Position numbers and translations under genes: made by a program. A stretch of DNA of 64,000 nucleotides, taken from Amoebophrya sp. A120. Taxonomy: Eukaryota; Protista; Dinoflagellata. Location: positions 11,396,733 to 11,460,732 of the forward strand of contig CAJINV010000003.1 of NCBI GenBank assembly GCA_905178155.1, in the 5' to 3' direction. This document shows, one piece after another, positions 39,801 to 52,149 of this stretch (positions within the stretch are counted from its first letter, which is position 1; each line of letters starts with the position of its first letter). The notes beneath the pieces were generated by a model. It saw only the letters and a program-made list of their open reading frames with translations, made no database searches and was not told the DNA's origin.

Positions 39801-40902
39801 CAGTCAGATTCGTCTCCAGCCGCTCCGCTTCCACCTTGGTCCGCTCGTTGAAGTATTCGCCCACATACTTCTCCGCCAGAAACTGCATCCAGCGTGGGCG
39901 TTGCTCCATCCTCTTTGCGAACATCCGGAGCAGCTTGGAATGACAACACTCGAGGTACCGATACGAATGGAAACGCCCGGCGACCACCGTTGTGTGCAAA
40001 TTTTTAGTGTGTGGGCTTCTGATGTGCTGCTTGACGTCGGCAGTGGTCTTCTCGTGGCCCCGTAAAAACTGACTTTCCTCGTCGTTCAACACACCTCCTC
40101 TTGGATCATCAGCCCCTTCTTGTGGTTCGGTGGTCGTCTTTGGCTCCTGCTGATTTATTCGTCCTTGTGGCGGGAGCGCGCCGGCCTGATGATCGGCATT
40201 TACTTTCCATTCAACATCTTCACCCGCACCATCGTGCACGACATCATGGTCGTTTTGCAAATAAAAATCTTCGGTGAGGATGCCGCCAAACTCGAGCTCG
40301 GGGTCGTGCGCCCCGAAACACGTCTGCGGATACACCAAGTGGTTCTGCGCTGGAGAGTGGCAGCACGTGTATTTGAGGGCTGAATCGGACAAGCGACTGA
40401 TCTTCTCTGCTTGGTACAGTCGGGTCCAGGAGTCTCTCACGTCGTCCCAACATCGTCTCTGGCTCTCTTTCGTCACTACGTAAGAAACGTCCGAGAGCAG
40501 TCGTAGTTCCTGCGCGTTCATCATGTCCTGTTTTTGAGACCGTGCCCCCGCAGAGGTCGTCGTTTGAGTTCCTTCACGATAGTGATGAAAATCCTGAGCC
40601 GCTTTCTTTTCCAAGAAAGCCCACGCGATCTGCTCCAGCCCAGAGGGCTGGCGCAGATCCTTTGCAGATGTTTCCTGCTGTTCGAGCGCGTGCCCCAAGG
40701 GGAGCGGCCGCTGCGTAGTATCTTCTAGCTCAGCGACAGCCTCCTGCACCGGCTGGCGCAAGATGATGCTGAGCAGTGCGAGGCCTGCTGGAACCCCTGA
40801 ACTGGTTCGCGTAAAAATGTTCCCCAAAAAAAAAAGAGAAGCTTGCATCGAGGTTGAAATGAAGAGGAAAAAGGATACTGGACCGGCTTTCCATAGCGTC
40901 AT
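36874..40902 (-). CDS. GT90/CAP10-like glycosyltransferase, uninterrupted 1342-aa ORF
   Basis: C-terminal QYKYQL...ECWYDPLLQNDRHYIK...AQRNEATVQQIANRSAAVAREIF...LYLDSLM resembles the GT90 C-terminus; hydrophobic N-terminus. Confidence 0.75.
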   Translation of the reverse strand: MTLWKAGPVSFFLFISTSMQASLFFLGNIFTRTSSGVPAGLALLSIILRQPVQEAVAELEDTTQRPLPLGHALEQQETSAKDLRQPSGLEQIAWAFLEKKAAQDFHHYREGTQTTTSAGARSQKQDMMNAQELRLLSDVSYVVTKESQRRCWDDVRDSWTRLYQAEKISRLSDSALKYTCCHSPAQNHLVYPQTCFGAHDPELEFGGILTEDFYLQNDHDVVHDGAGEDVEWKVNADHQAGALPPQGRINQQEPKTTTEPQEGADDPRGGVLNDEESQFLRGHEKTTADVKQHIRSPHTKNLHTTVVAGRFHSYRYLECCHSKLLRMFAKRMEQRPRWMQFLAEKYVGEYFNERTKVEAERLETNLTALNTLLDPVSMTTSTTTTSSTTGTPFPEIITTMERRRSTAGRVEVDVSVGAGKAGSSTSSTLVAEESGTEQAAPESHLQRVSPTGEAPRTARLENDRRRNVDEIIAEGPPEPVPGTSLVQYKVQNQTSRVFEPISHLCEWWIDEANFELVNRTSTNYFPAQCFYYDVALHAVLFFRKLKHRLQEMVRSIFVQLPTRAALDGSPEEQDVDLGPTSTTGGTTSTTTPSSHAPGPQHGEVTGAKTRRSRRRRTSTTPPRGTRTPPARRTPQLVMLQLDCMEPPKPDGASFRSYVSPEDRRDRTRNAPQAPHLQVIGLSRSFTKLGQDEMRQQGGKKKNATSGSGKQVGTSSRGAAVPFSRPMLGPHWTMLSFQAPFNKHEAERGRAAFPWSSRRSKAFRVSTRAHPRSQLHRRRRSGVRDSARGRDVDVPAERPTALGVPRVDVLGEDTSTPLDRDQENHRNGVFVRGGTRAATRRTPEEEELQTSKSSQEQQEVFLHHGSAPATEAFANFCDALLGENEKHSKNRRTGTAEIIEDDVHKNHATPTGGRSAGGLFSSASARDLWLFGCTTTREDGGVGGTTNQEVNSTDEKIKHTSAPAVVSTVVEVSAEDPSPNTSLAPPRQDLLDEDSRAAVARLESRRKSLSWASTVGKFLVNDNEQVVEQSNGHRGYTSSRTSGNHDQQHDWSSTRTTSDRAAIFKPGGPLEVQSESPSSQIKHSLAHEVFLELGQTRPDLIEAKARTMNRTLLEEEPHLWITWQPVFNHIQYKYQLTGRNVGCDTREMWVKWSESLELRLVSDLQLLPTNAFGREDVGLENFESPHRLASAASLGGRPQVQHPVEDLQDHDLRNHDRAAAPARGLGEDSSTAKVDDYDDVECWYDPLLQNDRHYIKTDLKHFVQAVLYAQRNEATVQQIANRSAAVAREIFDYEHGVLYLDSLMQLGSDTWWAWSRREKYLDPTTNVTSLAVEQRNASVGVVL

Positions 40903-42584
40903 GTCTCGACAAGGGACAAGAATTGTTTCTCAAGAATACCAACACTAACGACCACGAAACAAAGCATTTATCAGTCTAGAGATCCGAAAAGCATCATGTA
41001 ATACTTGTTTTCAAAAGAAATTCCAATTTTCTTCCCATTCTGGTTCGGGCGACGGCGCATACTAATATGCACTTACATTATTTACAGTGGGTTTCCCCCA
41101 AAGTACTTCTAAGCGTGTGAGTGTCACCTCTTTGATTTATTCGATTTCGCCAAAGGCTGCTTTTCAAAACAAGGGAGTCGAACTTCCGAACAAGAGGTGC
41201 TTACACTAGCGGCAAAACATTGCTGCCCACTATACAGATCTTGCAAAAACACAGAGGCACGACCCAGCAACCAACCGGGGCATGTCGATCTTGACCCTCA
41301 TGTCAGTAAAAAAACGATTTTCCGCCGATAGGATACGATCTAGCACAAGAAAAATCAAAATACGTTCTTTCGACGACGCACTTGATCAAGATGAAACTCG
41401 ACCTTGTTCATTTGCAGCTGGAAAAACCATTCCATGCGAACTTGTTGTGCCCGAGGTGAAACAGAACTCTCTGCGACAGATGGTTTCAGAGGCAAAATGC
41501 TTAAGCTGTAACTTTATCAAGGCGCTTCGTGGTACTGGCGGTTCCAGATGAATGCATGCGATTTGTTCAAGTTGGCATAGAGCACATGCGACTCTGCGCT
41601 GGATTTCTCGGCCACGCGTTTTTGTTTTATTTCTTCGTTGCTCAGACAAATGCAAATCACCTCTGAAATGACAAATACACCTATGACCTCCACCCACCAT
41701 CCCCCCCGCAAAAGCAATAAATGACATGATCTATTTCTATACATAGATACTGTATTATTAGATTTAAAGGACAAAGGAATAAAAGAAAATCATGTGACAT
41801 TTGACTCGGCGATTTTCCAGCCTGCTGTTGTTCCTGACTTTTGCGACACCTTTCTCGCTTTGCGCACCAGCTAAAGGAAACCAACAAGCGCATGCTGGGC
41901 CTACCGCTTACCCACGCCCGGAAAAAGGTTGCGAAAAGATCAGGATCGATGAGGAATATCCCAGCTTCCGTCATCACGGATGGCTGCTGGAAATGTCGGG
42001 TGACGAGGACGACCATGATTTTCGAGTTGCGGACCGTTTTCGTTATCTCCTGTATTCAAATTCTCTTTCAGTACTTTATCCCTCCCTGTCTGGTACATAT
42101 GGTACCGTCCGGCGAGTTGTGCGGTCGACCAACAAATTGGCGTTCCCCCTCCCCGGGAAACTTGTTAGTATTAGTAAGAGCTGCCAGCACGGAATTTCCC
42201 TGTGAAATCGTCTTGTACTGTTTGCGGGCGGTACGGCACTACTGAGGGCCACTCGTTTGGACCAGAACTGGTCTTGTTTGATGCTGGTTCCTCGAGGGTA
42301 AGGGTACGGCGCCGTCAGCGCGGGCGTCAGCGCGAGCTGCTGCCATTCGATATCATTATACTGAGTCGGGGCCTGCGCACTAAATTATGTCCGCACCTCT
42401 CAAGTTCTGTGCCGCCCACCGCCGCTGCCAGCGGTACCACCAAGGTGCTAGGCATTAATAGCGGCTACCTGCTACTCGGACTCCTACTTATGATCGGCGA
42501 GAATGAACACCAATCGTCACCCACGCATTGGGCCGGCGCGCACTCATCTACGGGCACGCGGGCACGCATTTGGTTACCAGATGA

Positions 42585-44511
42585 TCAGGCCGAGCCGAGA
42601 ATTGTCTGTCGCTGCACCATCTCCAGGTTGTACTCCCGGCAGGCACATGCGTTTATGACAAACCGTGCGCGAGCGTACCCGAGCGGCTCCAAGATCTGTT
42701 CCGCCAGGAGACAATCGTTTTTTGACAAGAAAACCTCATTTCCACCGAGTTCGTCCGCCCAAACAGTCGGGGTTTCATAGAGGTAGCCCACCTCCTGCTG
42801 AAACCTTTCGCTCGATCGCATGACATCCTGGCACTCCAGCTCCACCGCGTCGATTTGCACACGCACACCCGGCGCGCCAGTGGGGGTACTACTTCCCTGA
42901 CCACCTCCCTCGGTGGCCAACAAAGACGCGATCGCGGCAACCAGCGCCACGTCCAGACCCTGCGCGTCGATCTCGATTCTCGCCACTGCTACCAACGCTG
43001 CGCCCGAAGCAGAAGCGGAAGAAAACTCCCGAAGGGCGTCAAACAGAGCGCGAACGCCGAGAAATCGGTACGCATCGGTGCCTGCGTACCCTGTGGGGTC
43101 TTGCACGCCCAGGCAGGAGGTGGCCGCATCGACGAATTCGGAGTCCTCCTCCTGCACAAGGTTCGCGTCAATCCCGCAGGTTTCTGCAAACAGGCCCCAC
43201 TTGTCGACGTACTGCGCAAACAACGTGCGCGCGGACGGCACCAAAGCTGTCTCCACTTCGCACTCGGACTCGGTGGCGTACCAGCGCGACGCGCGGCGAC
43301 AGGCGTAGTAGGCCATCTGCCGGGTGTAAGCCGCGAAACCTTCGTTTCGCTCCAGCTCGTAACTCAAATTCATCTCCCCCAAGGGACCGACATTGTAATT
43401 TTTATGGTGCGCCGCCGGCCTAGAATTTTCACTGCTTGGAGGAGCTACAGCTACTACGTCCTCGTCAGATGAAGTCGACGAAATTCTACTACCAAAAAAA
43501 AGTTCTTCATCGCCGTCGAGCGGCACGCCGGAGGCATTGTTGTTCCGAGGGAGCGCCGGTGGAGCCAGCGCTGAATCGAGGGAGGCTAAAAGGTCCCGCT
43601 TGCACGCGCCCAAGTCGGGATATGGAAAAAATGGCGGTCGCGCGTCATCCAGGTCGCCGTGTTCTTGCTGTTGTAGTTGACCCCCGACGGGGAGGACAGC
43701 TGCGGCCCGGGGGCAAAGCACACTACTGTACGCCGCTTTCTGATAAAACCTGTTGGTGCCCGGTCTTCCACCACTTCCTTTCGAAGCTACCACCTCATCT
43801 GGAACAAGCACCACGGTATGCATTGCAAATATGTTGTTTGCTGGGTCCTCTGGAAGATTGCAAGTAGATTTGCAATTCACATTGTACATGACCCATAAAG
43901 ATGTTGTCGGTGATGCAAGTTGGTCTAGCATTATAGATAATTTTCTAAGTGCTCAATGATGCCTATCCCGCACGAGAAATGCCCTTTCCACGTAGCAACA
44001 ACTGGGCTCCTGCGCTACCTAGAAGCTACTCAAGTAGCAATACAGATTTTATTAGAATCCATAGATATCCAACAACAGCTGCATCACAAGTTGCACTCTT
44101 CCAGAGGTGGACCCAGACATATTTTGCAATTGGATACATGGGCAGTCGCACCAACGTCGCATTCGCGGAAAGCTGGCGTGCCCCGGGCTCGTCATTAGGA
44201 TCGAATTCTAAGAGCAGCAGTCTACTCGAGCTCGTCCCGCTCCCGCGAGTTGATGTAGCATCATGATTTTTAGTCGCTGCTGTAAAGTCGATGCCGCTCG
44301 CCTCCCAACCTTCGCGATTTATTCCAACCTTGAGAAAAAGCCGGTCGAAGGAAAAGTCTGCGCCTAGCAAGTCACGGAGCGACTCGCCGAGGTTCATTTC
44401 GGCAACTGCACCTGTACTAGTGCCGGTAGTACCTGCGCGAACAACCGACGGCTGCGTAATAGATACCGCCGGCAACAGCCTGAGGCTCAGCCAGTAGATG
44501 AACGGACTCAT
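42585..44511 (-). CDS. Secreted FkbM-like methyltransferase, 2 exons
   Basis: FLKVGIN...LLEFDPN in exon 1; IEIDAQGLD...VELECQD...NACACREYN in exon 2; joined in frame (LVRLPM/VLVPDE) by removing 43817-44136 plus 5 bp. Confidence 0.6.
43817..44136. mobile_element. Introner-like element, family D (320 bp)
   Basis: TATGCATTGCAAATATGT...CTGGGTCCTCTGGAAGA and its inverted copy; flanks CACGG/CATGG. Confidence 0.85.
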
Positions 44512-45072
44512 AATCGCAGTCGACGCGACACCACGGGAACTCCGCTGATTCTTGCCCTACTATCGAAAAAAGCGACTCGGAACATCAAACTAACACTTTA
44601 TCTTCTAGCTACTACGAGCCACAGGTGGCGCGAGAAAAAAAGCTTTCGTGGCTTCCCACGAGTTAGAGAGCAATAATGGGGGTAGAAGTCCTGACAAAAC
44701 GATTCTGAAAAAACAGCATGCACATACAACTTTTCATGATCACTTGGAGCTCCACAGTTGGACGAAAAGTGCGCTTTGAACACACGGTTGGCAGACTCTA
44801 TGTAGTTGCACTTCATTTATACTAGGAACTATCTGTCAGGGAAAATGTATTTGATAGCTTTGCTTGGCGGATGCTGGCAACAGGTGCTGTTTCCATTAGG
44901 CCGCGTGCGCCCGACGAGAGTCTTTTTCCGGTCATCAAACATGACTCCAATACCAGTGGAAGATCTTGGTCCCTTGGCAACTCCTGCTTCATCGTACTTC
45001 TGTATGTAAGTACTTAAGTACAACACAGCAGTACGGCGTAGTTCCCGTGCGGATGCCAGTTCAGTCAAATCG

Positions 45073-47464
45073 TTAAATCCAAGAGTGGGCGCGTATACCG
45101 CGATGCCGCAACTGTTGAAACTGGCGTAAAGAATCCGCAATGTCCTTCGTGTGGTCCACGCCGTCACCCCACCCGCTTGGTTGCATCAACGGGTTTTGAA
45201 CGTGGTGCTCCCAGGCGAGCTCGGTGATGCCGTAGAAATTCCCAGGGACGCTGAGCAGTTTCTGAATAATTGCTTGCTCCACCGCGGGCGTGTCGATGTC
45301 TAGCTTCAGAAGGACGTAGTCAACAGAGTACTATTGCGATAAAAAATCCCCCCTCCCCCTACTCACGAGGCCAACATCCTGTGTTGCTTATTTTTTGCGG
45401 CCAAAAACTATCGCCTCTGTCTTGCGAGAAGGCAACGCAGCTAGAGGTGGTGCCCATCGCATCGCGCAGCTGATTTCTTATCCTGTTGGACCTTCATGAC
45501 AGCCATGCTGCCCCTCCTTTATGCGAAACGGTTATACGGAGTCGTTCCTAATCAGGCTTTCAATCTACCCGTGATTCGTCCCTCCTGCAACATCACAAAG
45601 ATGATTTGTGTAAGTACGCAAATCCAGCAACAGGAGAGATCTCTTTTGAATCGGTATGGAATGGGGGCTTTTTTCACTTTGATACAGAGTCCAGCAGGTT
45701 TTTTATTTTTTCAACATCAGCCGGACTATAATCAGCAGCGGGAGCTGTAGCCGCGTCGGAACAGGTTTCGCCACTTCCTCGGCTGTTCTCTTGCACATGA
45801 TCACTCTGACAATCCGCTGGTGCAGGTCCCCCAGGAATTTTTGCATCGACTCCTTCGCTCCTACCACCATCTTCCCGCCGGGCAATCGAGGGGGCGTATT
45901 GAGATTCCGTTCTGATCGCGGAAACTAAACCGCCCCTAGCTTCTGCGAGGTACTCAAGCAGATCCGTTGTCCCATCCTGATCGTGGTCGGGACCACTGCC
46001 AACTTTGGCGGCCGCGAAGCGGAAGACAGTCAGGTCTTCCAGTGGTCCACGACCTCGGACTACTCTTCTCGTTCTTCCCTTATTCGTGCAGCTGCTCGCG
46101 TTGTGCCAAGAAAGGCACTCGCTCTCCTGATCTCTCGTGATTTTCCTTCCGCCGCGCAGCTCGGGCACGGTTTGCAGAAATTTTTCGACCGTGGTCGCAG
46201 GCTCCCACCCGTGAAATTCCGTGAAGGTGAGGTTGCTCAGCTTGAAGAGCCAGTCCGTGAAAAAAGCCGGGCTCGTTCCCCAACGAGTGGCACCGGCATC
46301 CAGGAACAGTCTGCGCGGCGGGAGGTGCTCCTCTACCAGTAAACTTTCGCTAGAAACGAGGGGATCGATTGGAGAAGAAGAAGTTGTACTTCTCCTGCTC
46401 TCCATCTGGTGTGACATCAGAAGCCTGCGGACGCTACTGGCTGGCAGTGGGAGGACGTAGCTGGCATCCATGAGCCACATGCTTTTCCACACGTGCAGCG
46501 TTTTACCGTTGTCGAAAGACAGGTCACACGCTAGGGGGTGCCGCAGGATGCCGACGAGGGGCTCAATCCACTCCGTATATTGCTCGTCGTTTCGGCACTC
46601 GTCCCGGAAAACGAGGCGCGAGAAGACTTGCCTCATAGTCTTTCCCCTTATTTCTCTGGCCGTTGCCGCCTCGGTTCGTGAAAACTTGGTAGCCCCATGA
46701 TCGTCCCTTCCTGCCCTGTTCTGACCTATCGCCCGACCCGGACGATGATGTTGCGTATCCTGATTCTCGTCCTCTGGTTGACGTAAGAGGTCCGCCTCTG
46801 TTCGTCCCTCCTCCTGCCCTAAAAAGTTCCCGTCACCAGCGCCGCCTTCGCTCCAAAATTGCGCCAGCGGCACCGTCCGCGTTGCAAGCGCATAGCTTCC
46901 ACCGTGCTGGAACCGCACTGCTCTGTCCACTCGATTTTTGCCAGGCTCCTCTTGCAGCGAATTCCGTCTTGTAGTGCGCCGAACAGGTCCAAGCGGCTGT
47001 ACAGTTTTCTCATCCCAGTCCAGTTCGATAATGCGGGGACGGCCCTGTCCGTCATCCAGCCGGCAAGCGCGTTTACGTTCTTTCGCTCGACCACGACCCT
47101 TCTCTTCTTCCTTTCCTGCCACCACAGAAAACTGCGAGAAGCTGTTGTCCAGCGGACAGATATGATGCAAAAAAGTCAAGAGGTAATCGACTTGACTTTC
47201 TAACGCGGCGCAAATGGGACGGTACGAGGCATCGCGGTCTTGCGACCTCCCCTGCAGCTGGAGACTGCGGATGTTTTCCTCCCACCACGCTTCCCATTCC
47301 GACGGCTCATACCGCACAAATCTGCGGGGGCTACACCTGCTTGGGCCTGATGCAGCAACGGCAGTCGAGACTCGCCAAGACCAACACGCGCACACACAGC
47401 ACAGCGCCAGCGCGTCCTCCAGTCTATGTTTTCGCCGCATCGGTGGAGGTGCGAGACTTATCAT
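45073..47464 (-). CDS. Secreted FkbM-like methyltransferase, 2 exons
   Basis: IEPLVGILRHP; FLDAGAT...FTEFHGWEP; after removing the element, DYVLLKLDIDTPAVE...ELAWEHHV...LRHRGIRAHSWI. Confidence 0.7.
45329..45684. mobile_element. Introner-like element, family A (356 bp)
   Basis: AAAAATCCCCCCTCCCC near the left end, degenerate right end; perfect TSD CAGAG; removal gives LDSVDYVLLKLDID. Confidence 0.8.
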
Positions 47465-47902
47465 CTGGAAGCCAAATACCGCAGATCTCTGTCTCGTCCA
47501 AGCGGATACTCATTTTCGCACTGCTCAACCCAAGCCGAAAGGTGGTCAAGATACAACCATTACTTGCCACGAAACAAACAGAGAGGAACAACAGCAAAAA
47601 ATCAAGAAACGAGCCAAATGAAATGAGAGCACAGAATGTCACAGCGTTAAAATGATCTTTTGCTGCCCACCATAGCTCGTTCTTGTGCCACCATTATGGC
47701 CACGGATATTTTCTTCGGACCACACACGCCCTGGTAGATCCGGACCTTGAACAATTATCTAGAATGTCGATAACGAAAGGCGACGCTCTTGACGTGCAGG
47801 TCCACCTCCTCGTACCGCATTTATTTCTTTTTGGTTTTCACGCTGTGTTCTTGCAGTAGCTATCAAGAGAAATCCTCGACATCATAGAAAACAACATCAA
47901 CT

Positions 47903-50900
47903 TCACTCGCGGTAATAAGGATCGTTGGCGCGAGCAAGCAGACTAAACTTTTCCGCAACGAGTACCGGGTCCGGCTCTCGAAGCTGCGCATAAGCTGCCG
48001 GCCAGCTCGCTCCCGGGCAATCTTTTCGTTTGCGCAGGCGCGCGTCACTTTTTTCGACGACCCGCTTCAGTCGGTCTTGCGCCTGCAGACTCCGCCGTGA
48101 ATTCCCGGAATGATATTCCGATGTCGACTTTTGCTTTGCTTCAGGCAACGGTAGGCTGACAAATGATGCGGAGACTTCCTCTTCCGGGCCCCCTCCGGCG
48201 CGGTCAGAGGTGGATACAAAGTTCTCGCCTCGTGCCACCTTCCCATCTCCGTCTTCCTTTTCTACTGGTGTTGAGATGGCGCTCTTACTAGTACCCGCGA
48301 CCGGGGCCCCAGCGAGGGCTCTTCTTGCGCACTGGCTCTCCATGGCTTCTTCCAAATCGGGGTGCGGGAGAGTCAGCACTATGCGTTGTAAATCTGTCTG
48401 GGTCAAAAAGGGTGCAACTTGCGATGCTACCTTTGGATTCTCATTCTAAAAACTATACTGTACTGTTCCATGGCCAGCAACAAGAGGAGCGTAGATTATT
48501 GCCACGCAGAGAGGCATTTCTCATGCGGCATCGGCATCAAGCAGCCCTCAAAAAATTTTGTCGTGCTCGGCGTACGTCACAGAGATCATGGGCGGTCAAC
48601 TCAAGGACGTGCAAAATGTGCATCACAAGCGCTGCACTTTTGTTCTAGACCCTCCTTGAGAAACAGAAGTGTTTGCAATTTATTTGCATAATCATGAAGA
48701 CCCAACGACTCTGGGTCGCATCATGGTTCCAAACCTCGTGCCGCCATCCGTCCTGCCACGCCAGCGCTTTCCCGCGGATGTAGGGGATGACCTGCCCGTT
48801 CACGTGGAGCTCCGCCGCCTCGCACCCCTGCGCGCAGATCTGCACGTTCAGCCGCATGGTCTGCCCGGTGTGTTATTGTGAGGAAAAATCCCCCCTCCCC
48901 ATACCAAAAAAGGATACTTCTGAAAATTTATGATGCTGATTTGTGGCCACAAATCGTCTCTGTATTGCTGGAAGGCCAATCCAGAGACTCCGCCGCTTTT
49001 TCTTGCAGGCCATTTGTAATGCTGTGCGGCCTACGGAGGACGCGCCTGCCTTGCTAGGCGCCTATACCAAAACGCCCCTGTATGGAGGCGTCAGGATCGA
49101 AATTCTTAAAATCGAAAAAAAATTCCGGGACCCCCTAGAGGGGGGCTAGGATTTCGCATTTCGATTCTGACACACTTGGCCCTTTTCGAGCTAGCCACCA
49201 CGGTATGCTTGAGTGTGTCAGAATCGAAATGGGTCCCGGAGGGGGTGCCCTGAAGGCCCCCTCAAAGGACTGCCGGAATTTTTTTTCGATTTTGTCGATT
49301 TCGATCCTGACGCTCCCATACCCTGCTCCGGCTTTGTATCTGCCTGCAGTCCTCTACTGCAAGACAAACCCGATTTGTGTACACGAATCCCGCATCACAG
49401 ATTTCCACTTTGATATGGGGAGGGGGGATCTTTCATTTTGATATGTGTCCCCCCATGTTCCCGCCCGGCCGAACCACGGACCAAGACCACCGCTTCTGAC
49501 TGTAGTCCTCCTCGGTATTCCAAGGGAAGTGTTCCTCCAGCAGCCGGCACGTTTCCGGCGCGCGCTGGCAGCTCCGCTTTGCGCGTTCGTCCTTTCCCAA
49601 AAGGTTCACCATGTGCCACCGCAGATTCCGGGCAGTATCCCGGTACGCATCGGACAAAAGCTGCTCGTCGTCTTCCAGGAACCGCACCTCGGCCGCGAGC
49701 GTGTCAAAGTGCTTCTCCAAGAACTCGACTACCGGCTTCACTTTCGGGTGCAGCTGCCACCAAGGCCAGGCGAGGAGGCCCGGCAGGCCGCCAATCGCGG
49801 TGTAGTGCGGAGACCACCAGGTAGCGCCCGCGAGCGTCTGGACTTTGTGGGTCCGCACGTGGTCATACACTTCCGCAAACCGGGCGTGGTTGCCACTAAT
49901 CTTCAAGTGGTCCAGTGCGAACGCCAGGTGAGTCACCTGGCAGTGCATGTAGTGTGCGTTGAACTGCCCAATGTCGACCCAGCGATCGAACTCCGTGGCC
50001 AAAGTCCGGTGCACGCACAGCGGAAGAAAAGCAAACTGCACCGTGAGTGCTTCGTTGACCGCGTAGCGGCGTAGGTCCATGGCATCCATGGTGGTGTCCC
50101 ACAACAAGCCCCGAATGCTCGACAGCGGCTTCGCGTACCCGGGGCCCCAAAACATGCGCTCCATGCACTGCCACAATGACCGAAACCGTTCCTGCACGTG
50201 CCACTCCGTGGCGGGTTCCAGGAGGAAGGACCAGGCGTAGTACAGCTGCTTCTGCACGAGCGTCTGACAGCACTTGCTGCGCCCCAGCAGCTCCGACGCG
50301 AACTCGTGCACAGGCAGCGACGCGGAAACAAGTTCCCCATCGTTGCGCCCCGACTGATACAAGACCACGCTCATCCATATTTCGTCCAGCAAACTGGGTA
50401 GCTTCTCGCACAACTCTTTCCCGTGCACTTTTTTCGCGAACCGGGTCTGGTTCCGTGCCAACATATCGCTCCACTGGACCACCTGACGCGAGAGGCGCTC
50501 AGACCAGGGCGCACGACCGCCGACAGACTTTGGTCGTGGGACTTGCTCGTCTGCGCGGAAGGAGTGCAACGCATTCCGCAGGCTGTCGAGGGACTCCACA
50601 ACATTTTGCAACGAGACCGTCCGGTCTACGATGGAGAAAACAAGATCCAGCGAAAACTTCAGCGCATTCTGCTCCTCCGTGCCCCCAGAAGCAAATGGCA
50701 ACGTCGCTGCGCCCGCGTTGATAATCGCGCGCTTTTCGGCAAGTTCGGACCCAGACAACCGACTCAATGGAACCGGCAGTAGCTCGTCTGAGTTTCTTGC
50801 ATCCGAATGCAACACTAGGCAGAGGACGCCACTGGCGCAGATGACAAAACGAATCTGTTGCAGTGCGCGACGCTGGAGCTGCGTCCAGTAGATTTCGCCG

Positions 50901-51040
50901 GTGGTGCGTCGTTGCGCTCCCTCTCTCTGTTCTTCACCGCCATTTATTTTCCGAAAACGCCGCGAAGTGAGAACCCCCTTCATGCCCTTTCGCTGCGGTT
51001 CGCTGCTGCAGAAACTAGAAATAGAAGTAGAGCATCGCAC
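47903..51040 (-). CDS. Aspartyl/asparaginyl beta-hydroxylase-like 2OG-Fe(II) dioxygenase, 3 exons
   Basis: Spliced WSVVRPGGNMGGHTGQTMRLNVQI...GKALAWQDGWRHEVWN...RWVF..TLPHPDL matches the Asp_Arg_Hydrox pattern (HTG...HEVW...HP). Confidence 0.85.
48380..48690. mobile_element. Introner-like element, family D (311 bp)
   Basis: TATGCGTTGTAAATCTGTCTGGGTC left end, TTTGCATA right end; flanks AGCAC/ATCAT; removing 316 bp is in frame. Confidence 0.75.
48874..49443. mobile_element. Introner-like element, family A, hosting a nested element (570 bp)
   Basis: TIR TAT...GAAA(A/G)ATCCCCCCTCCCCATA; perfect TSD TGTGT; removal restores GGH-TGQ. Confidence 0.9.
49081..49320. mobile_element. Nested family B element (240 bp)
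   Basis: TIR TATGG..GCGTCAGGATCGAAAT as at 13294; perfect TSD CCCTG; largely palindromic. Confidence 0.9.
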
Positions 51041-52149
51041 TCGAAATAAACAGTTTTTCTAGGTATGTTGATGTACGAAACGAAAAATCAGCAAGTGTTC
51101 TCCGGAAGAAAAGAAAACTGCTTTCACGATAGATGGCAGAGCGCGACCGTGGTTCCAAGTGCTGCAGTTGTCGTGCGATTTGTTGTGGTCTAGTACCTTG
51201 GCGTGCTTGCGGAGCTTTATCAATCCAGCTATAGCTGTTGAGCAATAGGCGCTAGGTCGTCAGCACAAACTCCACTTTTGACCGATGCTCACTGATGGGG
51301 CAGCAGCGGGGCGTGACAGCTCACGCGGCAGCCATCAATATAAGAAAGGAAAAACATCGTGAAAATGTCGTGTTGTACGCGTCAGCAAACGACCGATCCC
51401 ACAAGGTAATGTGCCTGTGCGCTGCGTTGCGATACTTGGTCTCAACCTCCTCGGAGAAGTCCCTAGCCTAGGCTCAGCCTGTAGAAAGATGAAAACACGC
51501 TAAAAACTCCCTTCCTATCGTTTTACTTACATCGACATCATCTTCGGTGGGCATCAACAACATTTCTTCGCCTTTTTCGAAATTTCTTGCCTCTCTGGTT
51601 CTGTCCAGTGCGTCTTTGCGATCGCAACACAATTGCTCACTACGATATTTTTCAAATCTTTTTTCCACGCCGGTTTCAGGTGGCCCTTTGCGCCCGCCGC
51701 AACACGAGTGCTAAACTTGAAAAGGATCCAATACGCGGCTGCGAGAACCACCAGGTCCGCTCCCTGCAGTGCCGAGTGCAGCTGCCATATTTTTGATGTC
51801 CCCCGGCGCATCCTCGGCGCGCTCGCGACGTCACTCCGCATCTGCTGTCCTGCGCTACTGCTTCCGTCGGCTGCTGGCAATATTCTCTCGGAACTGGCAC
51901 TGCGTCTGCGCTCAGCACGAGCAACCGACTCCGTGAGCTTGTATGAAGTTCTGCACTTCTTCGCGCAGGCGAGTGCGAGTGGCCAACCCGCACCAACGAG
52001 AACAACAATTCGTCCCCTGCTCCATGGTAAGGGCAACTTTGCTGTGGAGGTCTGCGAGTCGTTTTGGTCGTACGTCATCTTCGTGGAGTGATTATACAGT
52101 CGCTGTCCCTATGAGAACAGGGCAGAACTGGTCGTCGTGTGCGTGCTAC

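Noticed and set aside
51239-51257. Second spliced-leader relic upstream of the hydroxylase gene
   Set aside because: Only about 13 of 19 bases match, within chance expectation.
51554-52078. Possible 174-aa gene
   Set aside because: No motif or splice support, so it cannot be distinguished from a chance ORF.
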